Shown: positions 36,643-50,243, counted from the stretch's first letter. The stretch is DNA of 64,000 nt from Octopus vulgaris (GCA_951406725.2 OX597820.1:13888001-13952000), one strand, 5' to 3'. Numbers and translations: made by a program. The notes: generated from the letters alone by a model not told the origin.

Positions 36643-36889
36643 AACATAATCATTTGTCCAATAGCTTTGTTAACGAGGCAGTTGTATCAAATTCCAATGC
36701 TAACCACATGTCCAGTGACAGCTCTAATAGCATGTCAAAGTCGAAGCATTCCACTAACATTTCATCAAGTACCAAAACCCAGTCCACAGAAACCAACAGT
36801 AGTAGATCTTTTGTAATTCTTGGCGTCCTTTTCTTCACATCCATTCTAGTTATGGTATTTATATATCTACGGTTTCCAAATATGGATTT
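36643..36889 (+). CDS. TMEM41B: TMEM41B coding exon 2 (Ser/Asn-rich N-terminus and first TM helix)
   Basis: Polypyrimidine tract with tttcag acceptor at 36641-42 and GTAAGT donor at 36890. Encodes ...SRSFVILGVLFFTSILVMVFIYLRFPNMD, resembling TMEM41 TM1. 247 nt, phase 1 to 2. Confidence 0.92.
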
Positions 36890-39408
36890 GTAAGTATTTG
36901 TCTGTCTTCTTCTTTACATGTGTTGTTTCTTATGATTTATGTAAAAGCGCCCGTGTCGGGCATAGTGTAAAAGCAACCAGTACATTCCAGAAAGTGGTTG
37001 GCATTAGGAAAGGCATCATCATCATCATCATCATTTAATGTCCGCTTTCTGTGCTAGCATGGGTTGGATGATTTGACTGAGGACTGACAAACCAGATGGC
37101 TGCACCAGGCTCCAATCTGATCTGACAAAGTTTCTACAGCTGGATGCCCTTCCTAATGCCAACCACTCCGAGAGTGTAGTGAGTGCTTTTTACATGCCAC
37201 CGGTGTGAGGGCCAGTCAGGTGGTACTGGCAACAGCCACGCTCAAATGGTGTTTTTTATGTGCCACCTGTACAGAAGGCAGTCCAGCGGAACTGGCCACA
37301 TCCTCACTTGAATGTTTTTTCACGTACCACCAGCAGAAAGTGCCAGTAAGGCGACGCTGGTAACAATCATGCTCAAATGCTGCTTTTTACGTGCCACCAA
37401 CATGGAAGCCAGTTTGCTGCTCTGGCAATGGTCACGCTCAAGTGGTGCTCTTAGCACTCCACTAGCATGGATGCCAGTCATTGAATTTGATTTCAATTTC
37501 ATTTTCCTCACAGGTCTTCACAAGCAGAGTTTAGTCCAATGAAGGAAAGGTACACATAAGTGGGCTGGTTACACCCCTGGCATAGGCCACGAGGTTATGG
37601 TCTCACTTGCGCTTGCCAAGTCTTCTCAAGCGCAGCATATTTCCAGAGGTCCCGGTCGCTAGTCATTGCCTCAGTGAGGCCTAATGTTCAAAGGTCATGC
37701 TTCACCACCTCATCCAGTTGTAGAAACCTTGTCGAAAGAGACAACCGGGGCCTGGTGCAACCCACCAGCTCCTCCCAAACTGTTTAACCCATGCCGGCAT
37801 GGAATGGACATTAAGCGATGATACTGATGATGTACTCCCACATCCCCTTCTCTACTACTCCTGTGCCTTGCACATCATCTTCACCCCATCTTCTGATCTC
37901 TACTCCTTCCGTAGCACTGCTATATCTCTCACCTCACCCCACGGTCACTTGTGCCCTATCATTAGCCATCTATTACTCTCCACTCAGGCCATGTGCAATG
38001 ATGCAACAAGTGGGTAGCTTTTATATATATATATACATATATATATGACGGGCTTCTTTCAGTTTCCGTCTACCAAATCCATTCATCAGGCTTTGGTCGG
38101 CCCGAGGCTATAGTAGGAGACACTTGCCCAAGGTGCCATGCAGTGGGACTGAACCTGAAACCATGTGGTTGGTAAGGAAGCGCTTCCTCCTCACCTGGTA
38201 CTTTAACTGTATCCATTCTTAAGCTCAGCTTGTACTCTTTTACTTGTTTCAGTCATTTGACTGTGGCCATGCTGGAGCACTGCCTTCACTCGATCAAATT
38301 GACCCCAGGACTTATTCTTTGTAAGCCTACTACTTATTCTATTGGTCTCTTGTCGAACCGCTAACTTACACGGACCGTAAACACACCAACACTGGTTGTC
38401 AAGTGATGGTGGTGGGGACATACTCACTCACAAACACACACACACACACACATATACGACAGGCTTCTTTCAGTTTCTGTCTACCAAATCCACTCACAAG
38501 GCTTTGGTCGGCCCAAAGCTATAGTAGAAGACACTTGCCCAAGGTGTCATGCAGTGGGACTGAACCTGGAACCATGTGGTTCGTAAGCAAGCTACTTACC
38601 ACACAGCCACTCCTAGAATTTGCTTTGGTACCCCATCACTCCTGTCTTTTTCTTCTTCCCAGTTATTCCCACCCACCCTTCCTCATATAACATGGGGTAA
38701 CCAAGTATTTCTAGCAAGACACCTGTGCTTGTCTCTCAATCTACTTTAGCCTCTCAGTACCTGGCATAAAGCCATGTCCCCCTCCAAAATCCTACTCCAC
38801 CATCTACATTGTTGAGTAGGGTTTTTTCCTTTTCTTTTCTACATTTTTCCTTCTTTACAAGAATACTGAACTTTGAGAGGTTTTTGTAGAGGACCTGGTT
38901 ACTCCCATCCGGTATGGAAAGGGGTGAGAAAGAGAAAACGAGCAGTAGCAGTTGCAAGAGATGAGGTGCCCAGGTGGGCCCCATTGGATTGCAAGATTTT
39001 ATGGGAAAGAGAATGGGGAGATGCACTTGCATAGCTAGAGTGATGGTTGGTGACAGGAAGGGCATCCAGCCATAGAAAATCCGTCCCAGTAAACTCTGTC
39101 TAACCCATGCAAGTATAGAAAAATAGACATTAAAATGAGGATGGTAATTAACTAGCAAACAATTGCTGTTTCACTGACAGTAACATTTCTCATCATCACC
39201 ATCATCATCATCGTTTAATGTCCGCTTTTTATGCTGGTATGGGTTGGACGGTTTGACTGAGGACTGGCAAGCCAGGCTACACCATGCTCCAATTTGATCT
39301 GGCTAAGTTTCTACAGCTGGATACCCTTCCTAACACCAACCATGCTTAAATAACGATCTTTACTTCATTTATTTATTTATGTAATTATTTATTTTATTTA
39401 TTTTTCAG

Positions 39409-39537
39409 AGAAGAAAAGCAATATATTAAAGTTCCACAGGATATAGCTGATGCAAAAAACCTAGGCCGTATTTTATCTCGCTACAAGGATAAATATTTTT
39501 ACCAAGTTCTAGCTGGATATTTCATTGTCTATATTTT
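39409..39537 (+). CDS. TMEM41B: TMEM41B coding exon 3
   Basis: tttttcag acceptor. Encodes EEKQYIKVPQDIADAKNLGRILSRYKDKYFYQVLAGYFIVYI, matching the TMEM41B KVPxDxxDAKxLGxxLSxYKD pattern. Ends at the U12 donor GTATCCTTTT. 129 nt. Confidence 0.95.
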
Positions 39538-40934
39538 GTATCCTTTTGCAGTAATTTTTTGCTTTCCTCATTATCTCAGTGCAGTTTTGTAACTCATAGA
39601 ATTCTTTAATGCTTTTGGTGGTTCAGTTTTTATTTCTTGACCCATTTTAAACTTTTGATGTGGAACTCCTCGAAAATTTTGTTCCTTTGAAGGATCTACG
39701 GGGTAGCATTACTTGATAGGGTGTGCAGGCTGGAGATCAGGGAGTCTCCCCAGGTCGAGCTGCTACTTCCTAGAGATCACAGTTCCAGCATTATGAACAT
39801 GTGGTTAAAATGTTATAAGAAAGAATCTGAAGACAAATTCTTCAAGCTGAACCAAGAGGCAAGAGATAGAAAGACAGACCAAGAATGAGATATTTGGATA
39901 ATCTCTCTCTATATAAAGCTGAAGTTGTCTGTGTATGGCAGGTTTGGTAGCCTTCAACTAACACTATCTCCTCTGAGACCCTGCGGCACAAGTTGACCAA
40001 AATTGAGAGTATGATGGAAGAAGGCTTGCTCTTCCTTCCGTAGAAGAAAAAAATTCAAATCAGACCATGTTAACACCAAAAATTATTTACATCAAAAAGG
40101 TGCTTTTTTTCTATGAAAATCCCTATTTTTTACGATTTTTTGACTTCTGTGTCGCCATATTTCGGTGTATTTCAACCAGAAAAATGTTCACTTAAAGAGA
40201 ATAACAAGCTACATAATGCAAATTTTTTACTTTTCAAAAATTCCAATTCTAAAGGGTCGAAACAAACCCGAGCAACGCCGGGCGATACTGCTAGTATTCT
40301 TAACACTTTAAACGCATCTCTGAGTTTAGCCATTAAGCCTCACCAGCATCTTGTTCAGTTGCTTTTTTTTTTTTATTATTTTACTTTATTATTATTGATA
40401 AGTTTTTTTTAAAACTTTTTTTCTGAAGTTTCAGCTCGGAGCTGTGGCCATGCTGGAGCACCACCGTTTAATAACGAAACGGGAACAGATGTTATAAATT
40501 TACAAAATATATAGTTATTATCTTACATTTCTAAAACATAAATCATGTATAATAACGATTGAGTTCATTAAATTATCAGTTTTTAAAATTTTTTAAAATT
40601 TATACTGTGCACCAATAGTGGTACTCAATACAGGTTGGGTCAGTTACCCGGGTACTGTATATGGCGCACGATGTAATTAAAGTGTTAATTTTAATTGGCC
40701 CCTCTTTGGAATCCAGCTGGAAAGTGTAATGATGACCACTTATGATAGAACCCTATGGAGGAGATGCTTGAGGACTCTCCCACCATGGCTCTCCCTGGAA
40801 TAGTGAGTGGACAGAGAATATGGAAGGATGGATATGGGTATTGGATTTTTCTCTCTTACCCTCAGCCTTCGTTTTTTTTTTTTTTTTTTCTTTTGCAATT
40901 GTATCAATTTTTCTTTTTCCCTTAACCCTGTCAG
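39538..40934 (+). other. TMEM41B: U12-type (minor spliceosome) GT-AG intron 3 of TMEM41B
   Basis: 5' site GTATCCTTTT at 39538. Branch sequence TCCCTTAAC at 40918-40926 lies just before CAG (40932-34) with no intervening pyrimidine tract. Confidence 0.93.
39902..40294 (+). mobile_element. Non-autonomous Helitron inside the U12 intron
   Basis: A|TC start, CCCGAGCAACGCCGGG hairpin and CTAG|T end. Confidence 0.85.
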
Positions 40935-41028
40935 TCTACAGTCATTTGCCATTCCAGGATCCATCTTCCTCAGTATTCTATCAGGATTCCTATTCTCATT
41001 CCCATTGGCCTTATTTTTGGTTTGTTTG
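40935..41028 (+). CDS. TMEM41B: TMEM41B coding exon 4 (start of VTT/DedA domain)
   Basis: Encodes LQSFAIPGSIFLSILSGFLFSFPLALFLVCL. U12 branch point just upstream and GTAAGT donor at 41029. 94 nt. Confidence 0.96.
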
Positions 41029-42248
41029 GTAAGTATGTTACTCTGTCATTTTGTTTATGCAGACCCACATGACGCACACCCCCTCTCCCCAACCTTGTGA
41101 TCTTGGGTTCAGTTCCACTGCATGCCATCTTAGGCTGCTGTCTTCCTCTGTGGGGGCCCAGGCCAACTAAAACATCATTTTTCTCATTATTATTATTACT
41201 ACTACTAAGGCAGTGAGCTGGCAGAATTGCTAATGCACCGGGCTAAATGCTTAGTGGTATTTCACCCATGACTACATGCTGAGTTCAAATTCCACCATGG
41301 TCAGCTATGGCTTTCATTCTTTTGGGGTTGATAAAGTAAGTACCAGCTGTGTACTGGGGTCGATGTAATTGACTATTCCCATCCCCCAGATTTCAGACTT
41401 TGTGCCTATAGTAGAAAGAATTATTATTATCATTATCATTGTCTGATAAGGGTACATCAGGCACATGCATCACAACCACATATGCATGACATGGTGATCT
41501 CACATTAAGATAAACAGCACATTATCTTGCAGGTGGAGCCCAGTTAGAATTTTCTTCTAGTCAAGTAGCCCATCCCACTCAAAAGGTCCCCGAATAAAGG
41601 TTGTTTAAGAATGATGGACAAAGCACTCATGTTTCCAAAGGTGAATTGTCCAAACTCAAAAGAAATCCTCTCAACACATGGCTATGATGCTCCCCCACTA
41701 TTTCTGCTCGTGATCAGAGATGCACATATCGTCAGCCACTAAGGGACATGCTCAACTGGTTAAGGTCAAACAACTGACAAGCAAATCTGTGGTATTGAGC
41801 AGAATATTTGCTGTAGCCCATCTTTTATACCAAGACAACACAATGTACATGATAACACTTCCAATCAGTTAAGATCAGAAGCCATGAGAACCAATGCCTG
41901 GTACTGCATCAGGCCATTTATTATTGTTGTTGTTGTTGTTGTTATTATTATTATTATTATTATGTAGTAGTAGTAGTAGTAAGGCAGTGAGCTGACAGAA
42001 TCATTAGCACGCCGGGCCAAATGCCTAGCGGTATTTCGTCTGAGTTCAAATGCTGCCACAGCTGACTTCGCCTTTCGTCCTTTCAGGGTCGATTAAATAA
42101 GTACCCTTCCCCCAAATCTAACGCCTAGTGCTTCCAGTAGAAAGAATTATTATTATTATCTTTATTATTATTGTTGTTGTTGTTATTGTTATTATTATTA
42201 CTTTTATTATTATTATTATCATCATTATTGTTTTCTTTCTATTGTTAG

Positions 42249-42353
42249 TGTTCTGCAATTGGTGCTTCGTTTTGTTATTTGATTGCTGATTTTGTTGGTC
42301 ATCGTTTGGTGGAGAAGTACTGGCCAGCCAGGGTTGCTGACTGGCAAGCACAG
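42249..42353 (+). CDS. TMEM41B: TMEM41B coding exon 5 (absent from ORF track)
   Basis: ttag acceptor at 42247-48 and CAG|GTAAGT donor. Encodes CSAIGASFCYLIADFVGHRLVEKYWPARVADWQAQ. 105 nt, phase 0 to 0. Confidence 0.95.
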
Positions 42354-42576
42354 GTAAGTTTAGCTTTGACTCTTGAATCACCATCATATGAAACCCATCT
42401 TAAAAGCACCAAGTAAAAGTGTCCACGCAGGTGCCATGTAAAAGCACCCAGTGCCCTCTGTAAAGTGGTTGGCATTAGAAAGGTCATCCAGCCATAGAAA
42501 CTATGCCTAAACTAACAACTGGAGCTTGGTATGGCTCTGCAGCTTGCCACCTCTTGCCACACTGTCCAGCCCATCG

Positions 42577-43690
42577 ATCATCATCATCATCATTGTTTAA
42601 TGTCTGTTTTCCATGCTGGCTTGGGTTGGATGGTTTGACTGGAGACTGGCAAGCCTGGATGCCCTTCCTAATGCCAACCACTCCAAGAGTGTAGTGGGTA
42701 CTTTTTACGTACCATTGGCATGGGAGCCAGTCAGGCAGCACTGGTATTGGCCACGTTCGGATGGTGCTTTTTACATGTCACCGGCACAGGAGCCTGTTGG
42801 TGCCTAGGGGCTGGCACGTTCGGATGGTACTTTTTGCGTGCCACCAGCATGGGGAGCCAGTCAGGCAGTACTGGCAATGACCCATGCATGCATGGTGCTT
42901 ATTGCATTCCACCAGCACGGGAGCCAGTCAGGCGGCACTGGCATCTGCCACAACTACAATTTCCATTTGATTGTGATCAGATTTGATTCAATTTTGATTT
43001 TAATTTTACTTGACTCAATAGGTGTCCTGAAGCACAGCATGTTGCCCAACAATTCAGAGGTACTTTTTAAATGGGCTGATTATGCGACACTGGTGTAGGC
43101 TGCAGCTGTGATTTCAGATTACTTGCTGGGTCTTCTCAATCACAGCATATCTCCAGAGGTCTCGGTCTTTTGTCATTGCCTCTGTGAGGCCCAACATTTG
43201 AAGGTCATGCTTCACCATCTCATCCTGTTTCTACCTGAGTCTCCCTCTTCCATGGGTTCCTTCCACCGTTCGGGAGTGACACTTCTTCACACATCTCTCC
43301 TCATCCATCTGCAGTACGTAACCATACCAGCGCAAACGTCTCTCTTGCACACCACATCCGATGCTTCTTATGTCCAACTTTTTCCTCAGGGCACTTACAC
43401 TCTGTCTTGTGTGTACACTGTCATTACACATCCATCGGATCATACTAGCTTCACTTCTTTCAAGCCTACACATGTGTTCAGCAGTCATGGCCCATATTTC
43501 ACTGCCATGTAGCATGGCAGTTCGTACACATGCATCATACAATCTACCCTTCACTCTGAGCAAGAGGCCCCTTGTCACCAGTAGGGGTAAGAGCTTTCTG
43601 AAATTTTCCCAGGCTAATCTCATTCTAGTGGCAAACTCTCCAAACATCCACCCCCACTACAGACTTGATCACCTAGGTAGCGGAAGCTAT
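42577..43690 (-). mobile_element. 5'-truncated RTE LINE with ORF C-terminus and 3' UTR
   Basis: ORF 43231-43647 (RVKGRLYDACVRTAMLHGSEIW...RRLRWYGYVLQM...GRGR) is followed by the tandem-unit UTR and (GAT)n tail. Confidence 0.9.
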
Positions 43691-44830
43691 CAAAAATGGA
43701 TGTTAAAAGATGATGATGATGATGATGGTGATGCTCTTCGTATGACTTTCCATGCCTTGTTTATATCTTCTCCCTTTTATGATAAGCTGTCATTTCCCTT
43801 AATTTGCTGTCCCCTTTTCCTCACCCTTCAGCTTTTGCTTACCTAATATTTCTTTGATGTGCTTCGCCCTCCCCCAATCTAACATCCTGTATCTATGTTT
43901 AGTCACATCTCACTGACTCAGCAAAGATACTGGTCTGCTGACATGAAGGATAGGCTGTCGGCTATATCCTGTTATTGGTGTTTGGCTTGTGATGTATTTC
44001 TATATTTCTATTTCCAACCGAGATGCTTAATTCTTGCTTCCCTAACGATCTTCACTGACAGAACACGCACGCTCGCACACATAAAGTAAAAATGCTTCAA
44101 TCAGGAACGGAAACCCAATAGCTTGTTAATAGTTTAACATTATTCTGTTGCAATTTCACATGCACACATAAGCACAGCCATGGCTGTGTGGTAAGTAGCT
44201 TGCTTCCCAAACGCATGGTTCTGGGTTCAGTCCCACTGCATAGCACCTTGGGCAAGTGTCTTCTACTATAGCCTCAGGCCAACCTAAGCCTTGTGTGTGG
44301 ATTTGGTAGAAGGAAACTGAAAGAAGCCCAGCATGTGTGTGTGTGTGCATGTGTCTTTGTGTCTGAGTTTGTCCTCCATCTTTGCTTGACAACTGAATAG
44401 TGCTTTTTATGTCCCACCAGCATGGCTGCCAGTCAGGCAGCACTGGTATCGGTCATACTTGAATGGTACTTTTTATGTGCTATTGGCAGTGGAGCCAGTC
44501 ACATAGCACTGGCATCGATCATGCTTGAATAGTGATTTTTACGTGTCACTGGCAGGGGTGCCAGTCTGGTAGCACTGGTATCAGTCACACTCAAAAGGTG
44601 CTTTTTACATGTCAGCGGCATGGGAGCCAGTCAGGCGGCACCGGCATGGACCATGCTCAAATGGTGCTGGCTGCTTGTTTCTCTGGGATTGGTTAAGTGA
44701 TGAGACCTTAAAAAGGGTCAAAAATGACTAAGGCTCTGCATCATTTCTTTCAATCTATAAAGAAACAAGGTATCTTTAACCTGCTTGTATGTCGACTACT
44801 TTGATCTATAATCTGTTATGTTTATTTCAG

Positions 44831-44969
44831 GTTGCGTCTTACCGTGAACATTTGCTAAATTACATCATTTTTCTTCGAATTACACCATTCCTACCCAACT
44901 GGTTCATCAATATTGCTGCACCTGTGATCAACGTTCCTTTGAAGCTATTTTTTCTTGGAACATTTATTG
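44831..44969 (+). CDS. TMEM41B: TMEM41B coding exon 6
   Basis: tttcag acceptor. Encodes VASYREHLLNYIIFLRITPFLPNWFINIAAPVINVPLKLFFLGTFI, the LRITPFLPNWFIN signature. Donor G|GTAAAT. 139 nt. Confidence 0.96.
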
Positions 44970-45252
44970 GTAAATATTGATTGATTTTTTCTTTCTCAAA
45001 CACAACATCCTCGGTGAAGGTCACCTCAGGCATTAAGCATCAACCAGTATATTACTGGTACTTATTTTATTGACAGTAGGAGGGTTAAAACGCATGCTTT
45101 ACCTTCAAGGTCAAGTATGTCTTTTAACTCTTCTTTGCCATTAATAACAGCCAAATTCCCTAAAAAGAAGAATTTTTTCTTAAACATAAGAAAAAGAAGA
45201 ATATTAATGGAATGCAAAAACTATCAAAACCTCTCTGGACATTACTATCTTG

Positions 45253-45575
45253 TGTAGTAAAGATTCTTTGCCAACATAATATAGCAGGCCTGGTTTAGGA
45301 CGAATGTTGCTGTAATTTAGCCCCAGGAGACATCGTCTTCAGCTGGCTATACGACACGATCTGTGTCCTTATATTTTTGGACAAGGGAATCTAGCACCCC
45401 AACTCAGCTCAAAACAATATTTGTATGGCGATGCTAGATTCCCTTGTTCGAAAATATAAGGACACAGATCGTGTCATATAGCCAGCTGGAGACGATGTCT
45501 CCTGGAGCTAAATTACAGCAACATTCGTCCTAAACCAGGACAGCCATGTTATGTTGGCAAACAATCTTTACTACA
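45253..45575. mobile_element. Foldback MITE (about 145-bp arms, about 30-nt spacer)
   Basis: TGTAGTAAAGATT..GCCAACATAA...GGAATCTAGCA is mirrored by TGCTAGATTCC...TTATGTTGGC..AATCTTTACTACA. Confidence 0.9.
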
Positions 45576-46207
45576 AAGTACTGTTGCTAAATATCTCACG
45601 TTTTGAGATTAAAAAATAGTAATTACTGTCTTCTTGTGTCCTAAGATTCTTAGGGTCACTTACCCAGATTCCATTGTGTGTAAGTGACCAAAATAACAAC
45701 ATTCCTTCTTGGATCAACAAGAAATTAAAATGTTTTGCTCAAGAACACAAGACTGCTTGGTTCTGGAATCAAAATCACAATTTTGTGATCATGAGTGAAA
45801 CATGCTAACCGCTAGACCATGTATTTTCACTCATGTAAAAACCACTCCCTGTTAAATCCCTTCTGCATCTATCCAACAGTTCAGTAAAAAAAAGGGACCA
45901 AGATCTTGACAAAAACGTAACCTATCCTGGCATGGGTTGGACAGTTTGACAGGAGCTGGCAATCTGGGGTGCTCCCATTTTCTGTTTTGGTATGGTTTTT
46001 ACAGCTGGATGCCTTTCCTTTCACTAACCCTCACCTGTTGACAAGTAAAGTAGTATTTCCCCAAAGCCAGCCAGACAGGCTTTTTACAGAAAACTAGAAA
46101 CAAACAACATCACTTGTATTACGATGATGCTCTTTAACAACCATGATATCTAGACCAAGGTATATACACCCACTCACCCACATGTATCTATGTATGTATG
46201 TATGTAT

Positions 46208-46614
46208 CAGGGACATGCCGCCTGGGTAGGCAAGGTAGGCAGTGCCTACCTTGAATAAAATAGATCAACAGCATCATTTTCCTCTCATGATAAAATATGC
46301 ACCTAATTCAATAAAATTATGAAGATTACTCTGATTATTGTGCATAAAATGCAAAATATATTATTTTTTGTAGATTAGATAGGCATAATTTGCCCCTGCC
46401 TTTCAATCTCAGTATTTAAGCTATGCATAGAACTGCTGTAGTACACGTGCTGCATACACTCCTACAACAATGTTTTCTTTACTTGCTAGAAAGGCAGAAG
46501 TAAATCTGCCTTCAACTCAGTCGCATACCTGTATTTCACTTATTTTTCGTGTTTTACTACATAAGGGTCGCCAACTTCCTACCCTGAGTAATTACTGACA
46601 CAGCACGTGCCTTG
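46208..46614. mobile_element. hAT-like MITE within a TATG tract
   Basis: CAGGGACATGCCG / CAGCACGTGCCTTG termini with subterminal GGTAGGCA/CCTACC motifs. Confidence 0.6.
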
Positions 46615-47304
46615 TATGTGTGTATGTATCTATATATTGAAGACGCTCAGGTCACTCAGAGGGTCTGAACTGGAAACTACCTGGCTGGGAAGCAAGCTTC
46701 TTAACCACACATCTATGTATTCTTTTTTATTTTCTTCCTACTAAAGGCACAAGGCCTGAAATTTTGGGGGAGGGGTTAAGTCGATTACATCAACCCCAGT
46801 ACTCAACTGGTACTTAATTCATCAACCCCGAAAGGATGAAAGGCAAAGTCGACCTCAGTGGAATTTGAACTCAGAATGTAGCGATGGGTGAAATACCGCT
46901 AAGCATTTTGCCCGACATGCTATCAATTATGCCAGCTTGCTGCCTTGTGCATCCATGCATTCATCTCTTCAACAAGTCACTTGCTCCCCTCTGTCTATCA
47001 TAGTTTCTTACCCTTGTAGTGTAAACCCTGCCCAGTTGGGGGCGGGTCTTTTCTTGTGGGTATTTGGTGACCTCACCAGTGCTTGCACTCAGTATTCTCT
47101 CTTAAGTGGTTGGCATTAGGAAGGGCATCCAGCTGTAGAAACCATGCCAAAGTAGACATAGAACCTGGCATGGCCCCTCTGGTGTGTCTGTTCTTGTCAA
47201 ACTGTCCAACCCATGCCAGCCTAGAAAAAAGGATATTCGATGATGATGGTGGTGGTCTTCTCTGTATTTGAGAAGAGAGGGAGAGAGTAATATATCTGAG
47301 GGTG

Positions 47305-47306
47305 TG

Positions 47307-47378
<72 letters not shown>

Positions 47379-48024
47379 GTTTTTCTGACGTGAATTTGCT
47401 ACCCAGGTATCGGTTAACCGAATTATCCATACTAGGATAATTCATTCAACTACTTATATACATATATATATATATATATATATACACATACATACATACA
47501 CATATATACAAACATATACAAACATACATACTTACATATACACGCACACGCACACATAGATAGATAGATAGATAGATAGGTAGATAGGTAGATAGATAGA
47601 TAGACAGATATGTGCCATGTGTGATGTGTGCATGAGGGATGGGGAGAGGGATCCTGACTGGTATCTCTGTCGCCTCCTCTCACTATTACCATCTATTCAC
47701 CCCTACCCCTACACTGCAACGTGCTCACCCCTTTTTTTGTGTGTTTCTGCTGCTACATAAAAACACACCAATCAAATGGGTGGACTATTCTACCCCCCAC
47801 CCCACCCCCACCCACACAACTGTCTCATGTTTCTTTTCTCTACCTCAGTCTCTCTTCTGCCCCTCTGATACGTGTGTATATGTGTGTGTGTGTGTGTATA
47901 CACACATACATATACAGGCATATATATATATATATATATATATATACATGCATATATATATATATATATGCATTTATGTATATGTATATATATATATATG
48001 CATGTGCATATATATATATATGCA

Positions 48025-48060
<36 letters not shown>

Positions 48061-48068
48061 TGAATAAA

Positions 48069-48113
<45 letters not shown>

Positions 48114-48288
48114 GCATGGAAATAATATATATATAGCAAAAATAGCAAAAAATGGAAAAAGTGTAAATTTTTTTTATATATATATATATATATATATACA
48201 TGACATATATATATATATATACAACAAACAGACACACAGAAACACGCACAGACAAACTGCCGTTTATATAGAGAATATATATATATGC

Positions 48289-48341
<53 letters not shown>

Positions 48342-48343
48342 AA

Positions 48344-48382
<39 letters not shown>

Positions 48383-48411
48383 GCATATATATATATATAT
48401 ATATAAATGCA

Positions 48412-48449
<38 letters not shown>

Positions 48450-48475
48450 CATGCATATATATATATATACATAAA

Positions 48476-48511
<36 letters not shown>

Positions 48512-48647
48512 AATGCATATATATATGTATATATGCATATATATATATACACATATATACAAACATATACATATACACACACACGCACACATGTAGATAG
48601 ATAGACAGGTAGACAGACAGACAGACTGACAAACACACACACATACA
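47305..48647. repeat. Compound (TA)n/(CA)n/(GATA)n microsatellite field
   Basis: Direct reading. Similar fields at 49240-51710, 53820-54195, 57970-58430, 59000-59450, 60200-60510 and 61600-62900. Confidence 0.95.
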
Positions 48648-49288
48648 TTTTTTATCTTTTACTTAGTTCAATCATTAGGCTGGCCATGCTGGGGCATTTT
48701 CCAGGTTATATCCTCTAACTGTTCCTTTAAGCACATAATAGGTACAGACACACACTTAACTATCTCACTGCCAGATCCCGGGCAATCAATATGTGTACAG
48801 TATATATATATGTGTATGTATGTATGTGTGTGTATTGGTAGATTCTCTGATGTTAATCCCATATTTCTGTGTGTGTGTGTGCACACGTTGTGGACAGACA
48901 TTGTCACATCTCCCTGGTAAATGATCAATATACATGTGGACACTAACAAGCAAGTTGGGAGGGGGGGTGAAGGTGGGAAATTTCCCTCCATGCCTACCCC
49001 CACCGATCCTTCCTGACAGCCTTTGGTCCCAACCTCCACTTAGCTAATAGGCTCTGTAAATCTCCTCATCCTCTGCCTCCTGCCTCTCCTCTGCCTCCTG
49101 CCTCTCCTCCTTCCTCTCCTCTCACATTTTGTCACTTGCTTTTCATCTCTTCCTCCCCTTCTTTCCCTCTCTTTTTAATGTCTGTCTGTCTCTCTCTATC
49201 ATTACAGCCCCTCCCTTACACACTACTGATCTATAGATCTAACACACACACATACACACACGCACACACACACATGCATTCATCATAA

Positions 49289-49321
<33 letters not shown>

Positions 49322-49469
49322 CTGTGTGTGTGTGTAAGTTGTACAGGCTGTTACTGTTCTCCCTCTTTATATATATCCTACCCCCCACACTCTTTCCTCC
49401 ATGCTCTTTCTCTCTCTTTTTCTGACCCACCGCCACCACCATCACTACTGACATCCTGCCTTCTTTCTG

Positions 49470-49510
<41 letters not shown>

Positions 49511-50201
49511 TACTTCGATCCATTAATGTAAGGCAATGAAGGAAATTGTCCTTCATACCTCACCTCACCTTACATTTCCACCCAGGATTGATGGCTCTCT
49601 CTCACACACACACACTCTCACACACTACTTCGATCCATTAATGTAAGGCAATGAAGGAAATTGTCCTTCATACCTCACCTCACCTTACATTTCCACCCAG
49701 GATTGATGGCTCTCTCTCTCTCTCACACACACTCTCTATTCTCTCACACACACACACACACACACTTTCTCTCTCTCTCTCAGAACCAACATATTGATGG
49801 ATTTAACCATTGAACACACACGCACACACACACACGTGCACACACACATACACACACACAATCTCTCTCTCTCTCACACGCACACACACTCTCTCACACA
49901 CACATACACACACTTTCTCTCTCTCAGAACCAACATATTGATGGATTTAACCATTGAACGCGCACACATATGCACACTTATAGATACACACACACACACA
50001 CACATGTGCACATCTGCACACATGCACTCACACACACGCCCACTCATGTACTCACACGTGTGCACACCTACACACTCTCACCCACCTACTCACATATACG
50101 CCTATACACTCACACACACACCGACTCACCCTCTGTCTGTCTCCCTCACTCTCCCTCTCCTTGTCTTGCCTTTATCTTCTCTCTCTTTTTCTTATCTCCC
50201 C

Positions 50202-50243
<42 letters not shown>

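Noticed and set aside
44770-44782. U12-like motif GTATCTTTAAC before exon 6, and TCTTAAC before exon 7
   Set aside because: The corresponding donors are U2-type (GTAAGT, GTAAAT) and both acceptors have pyrimidine tracts.
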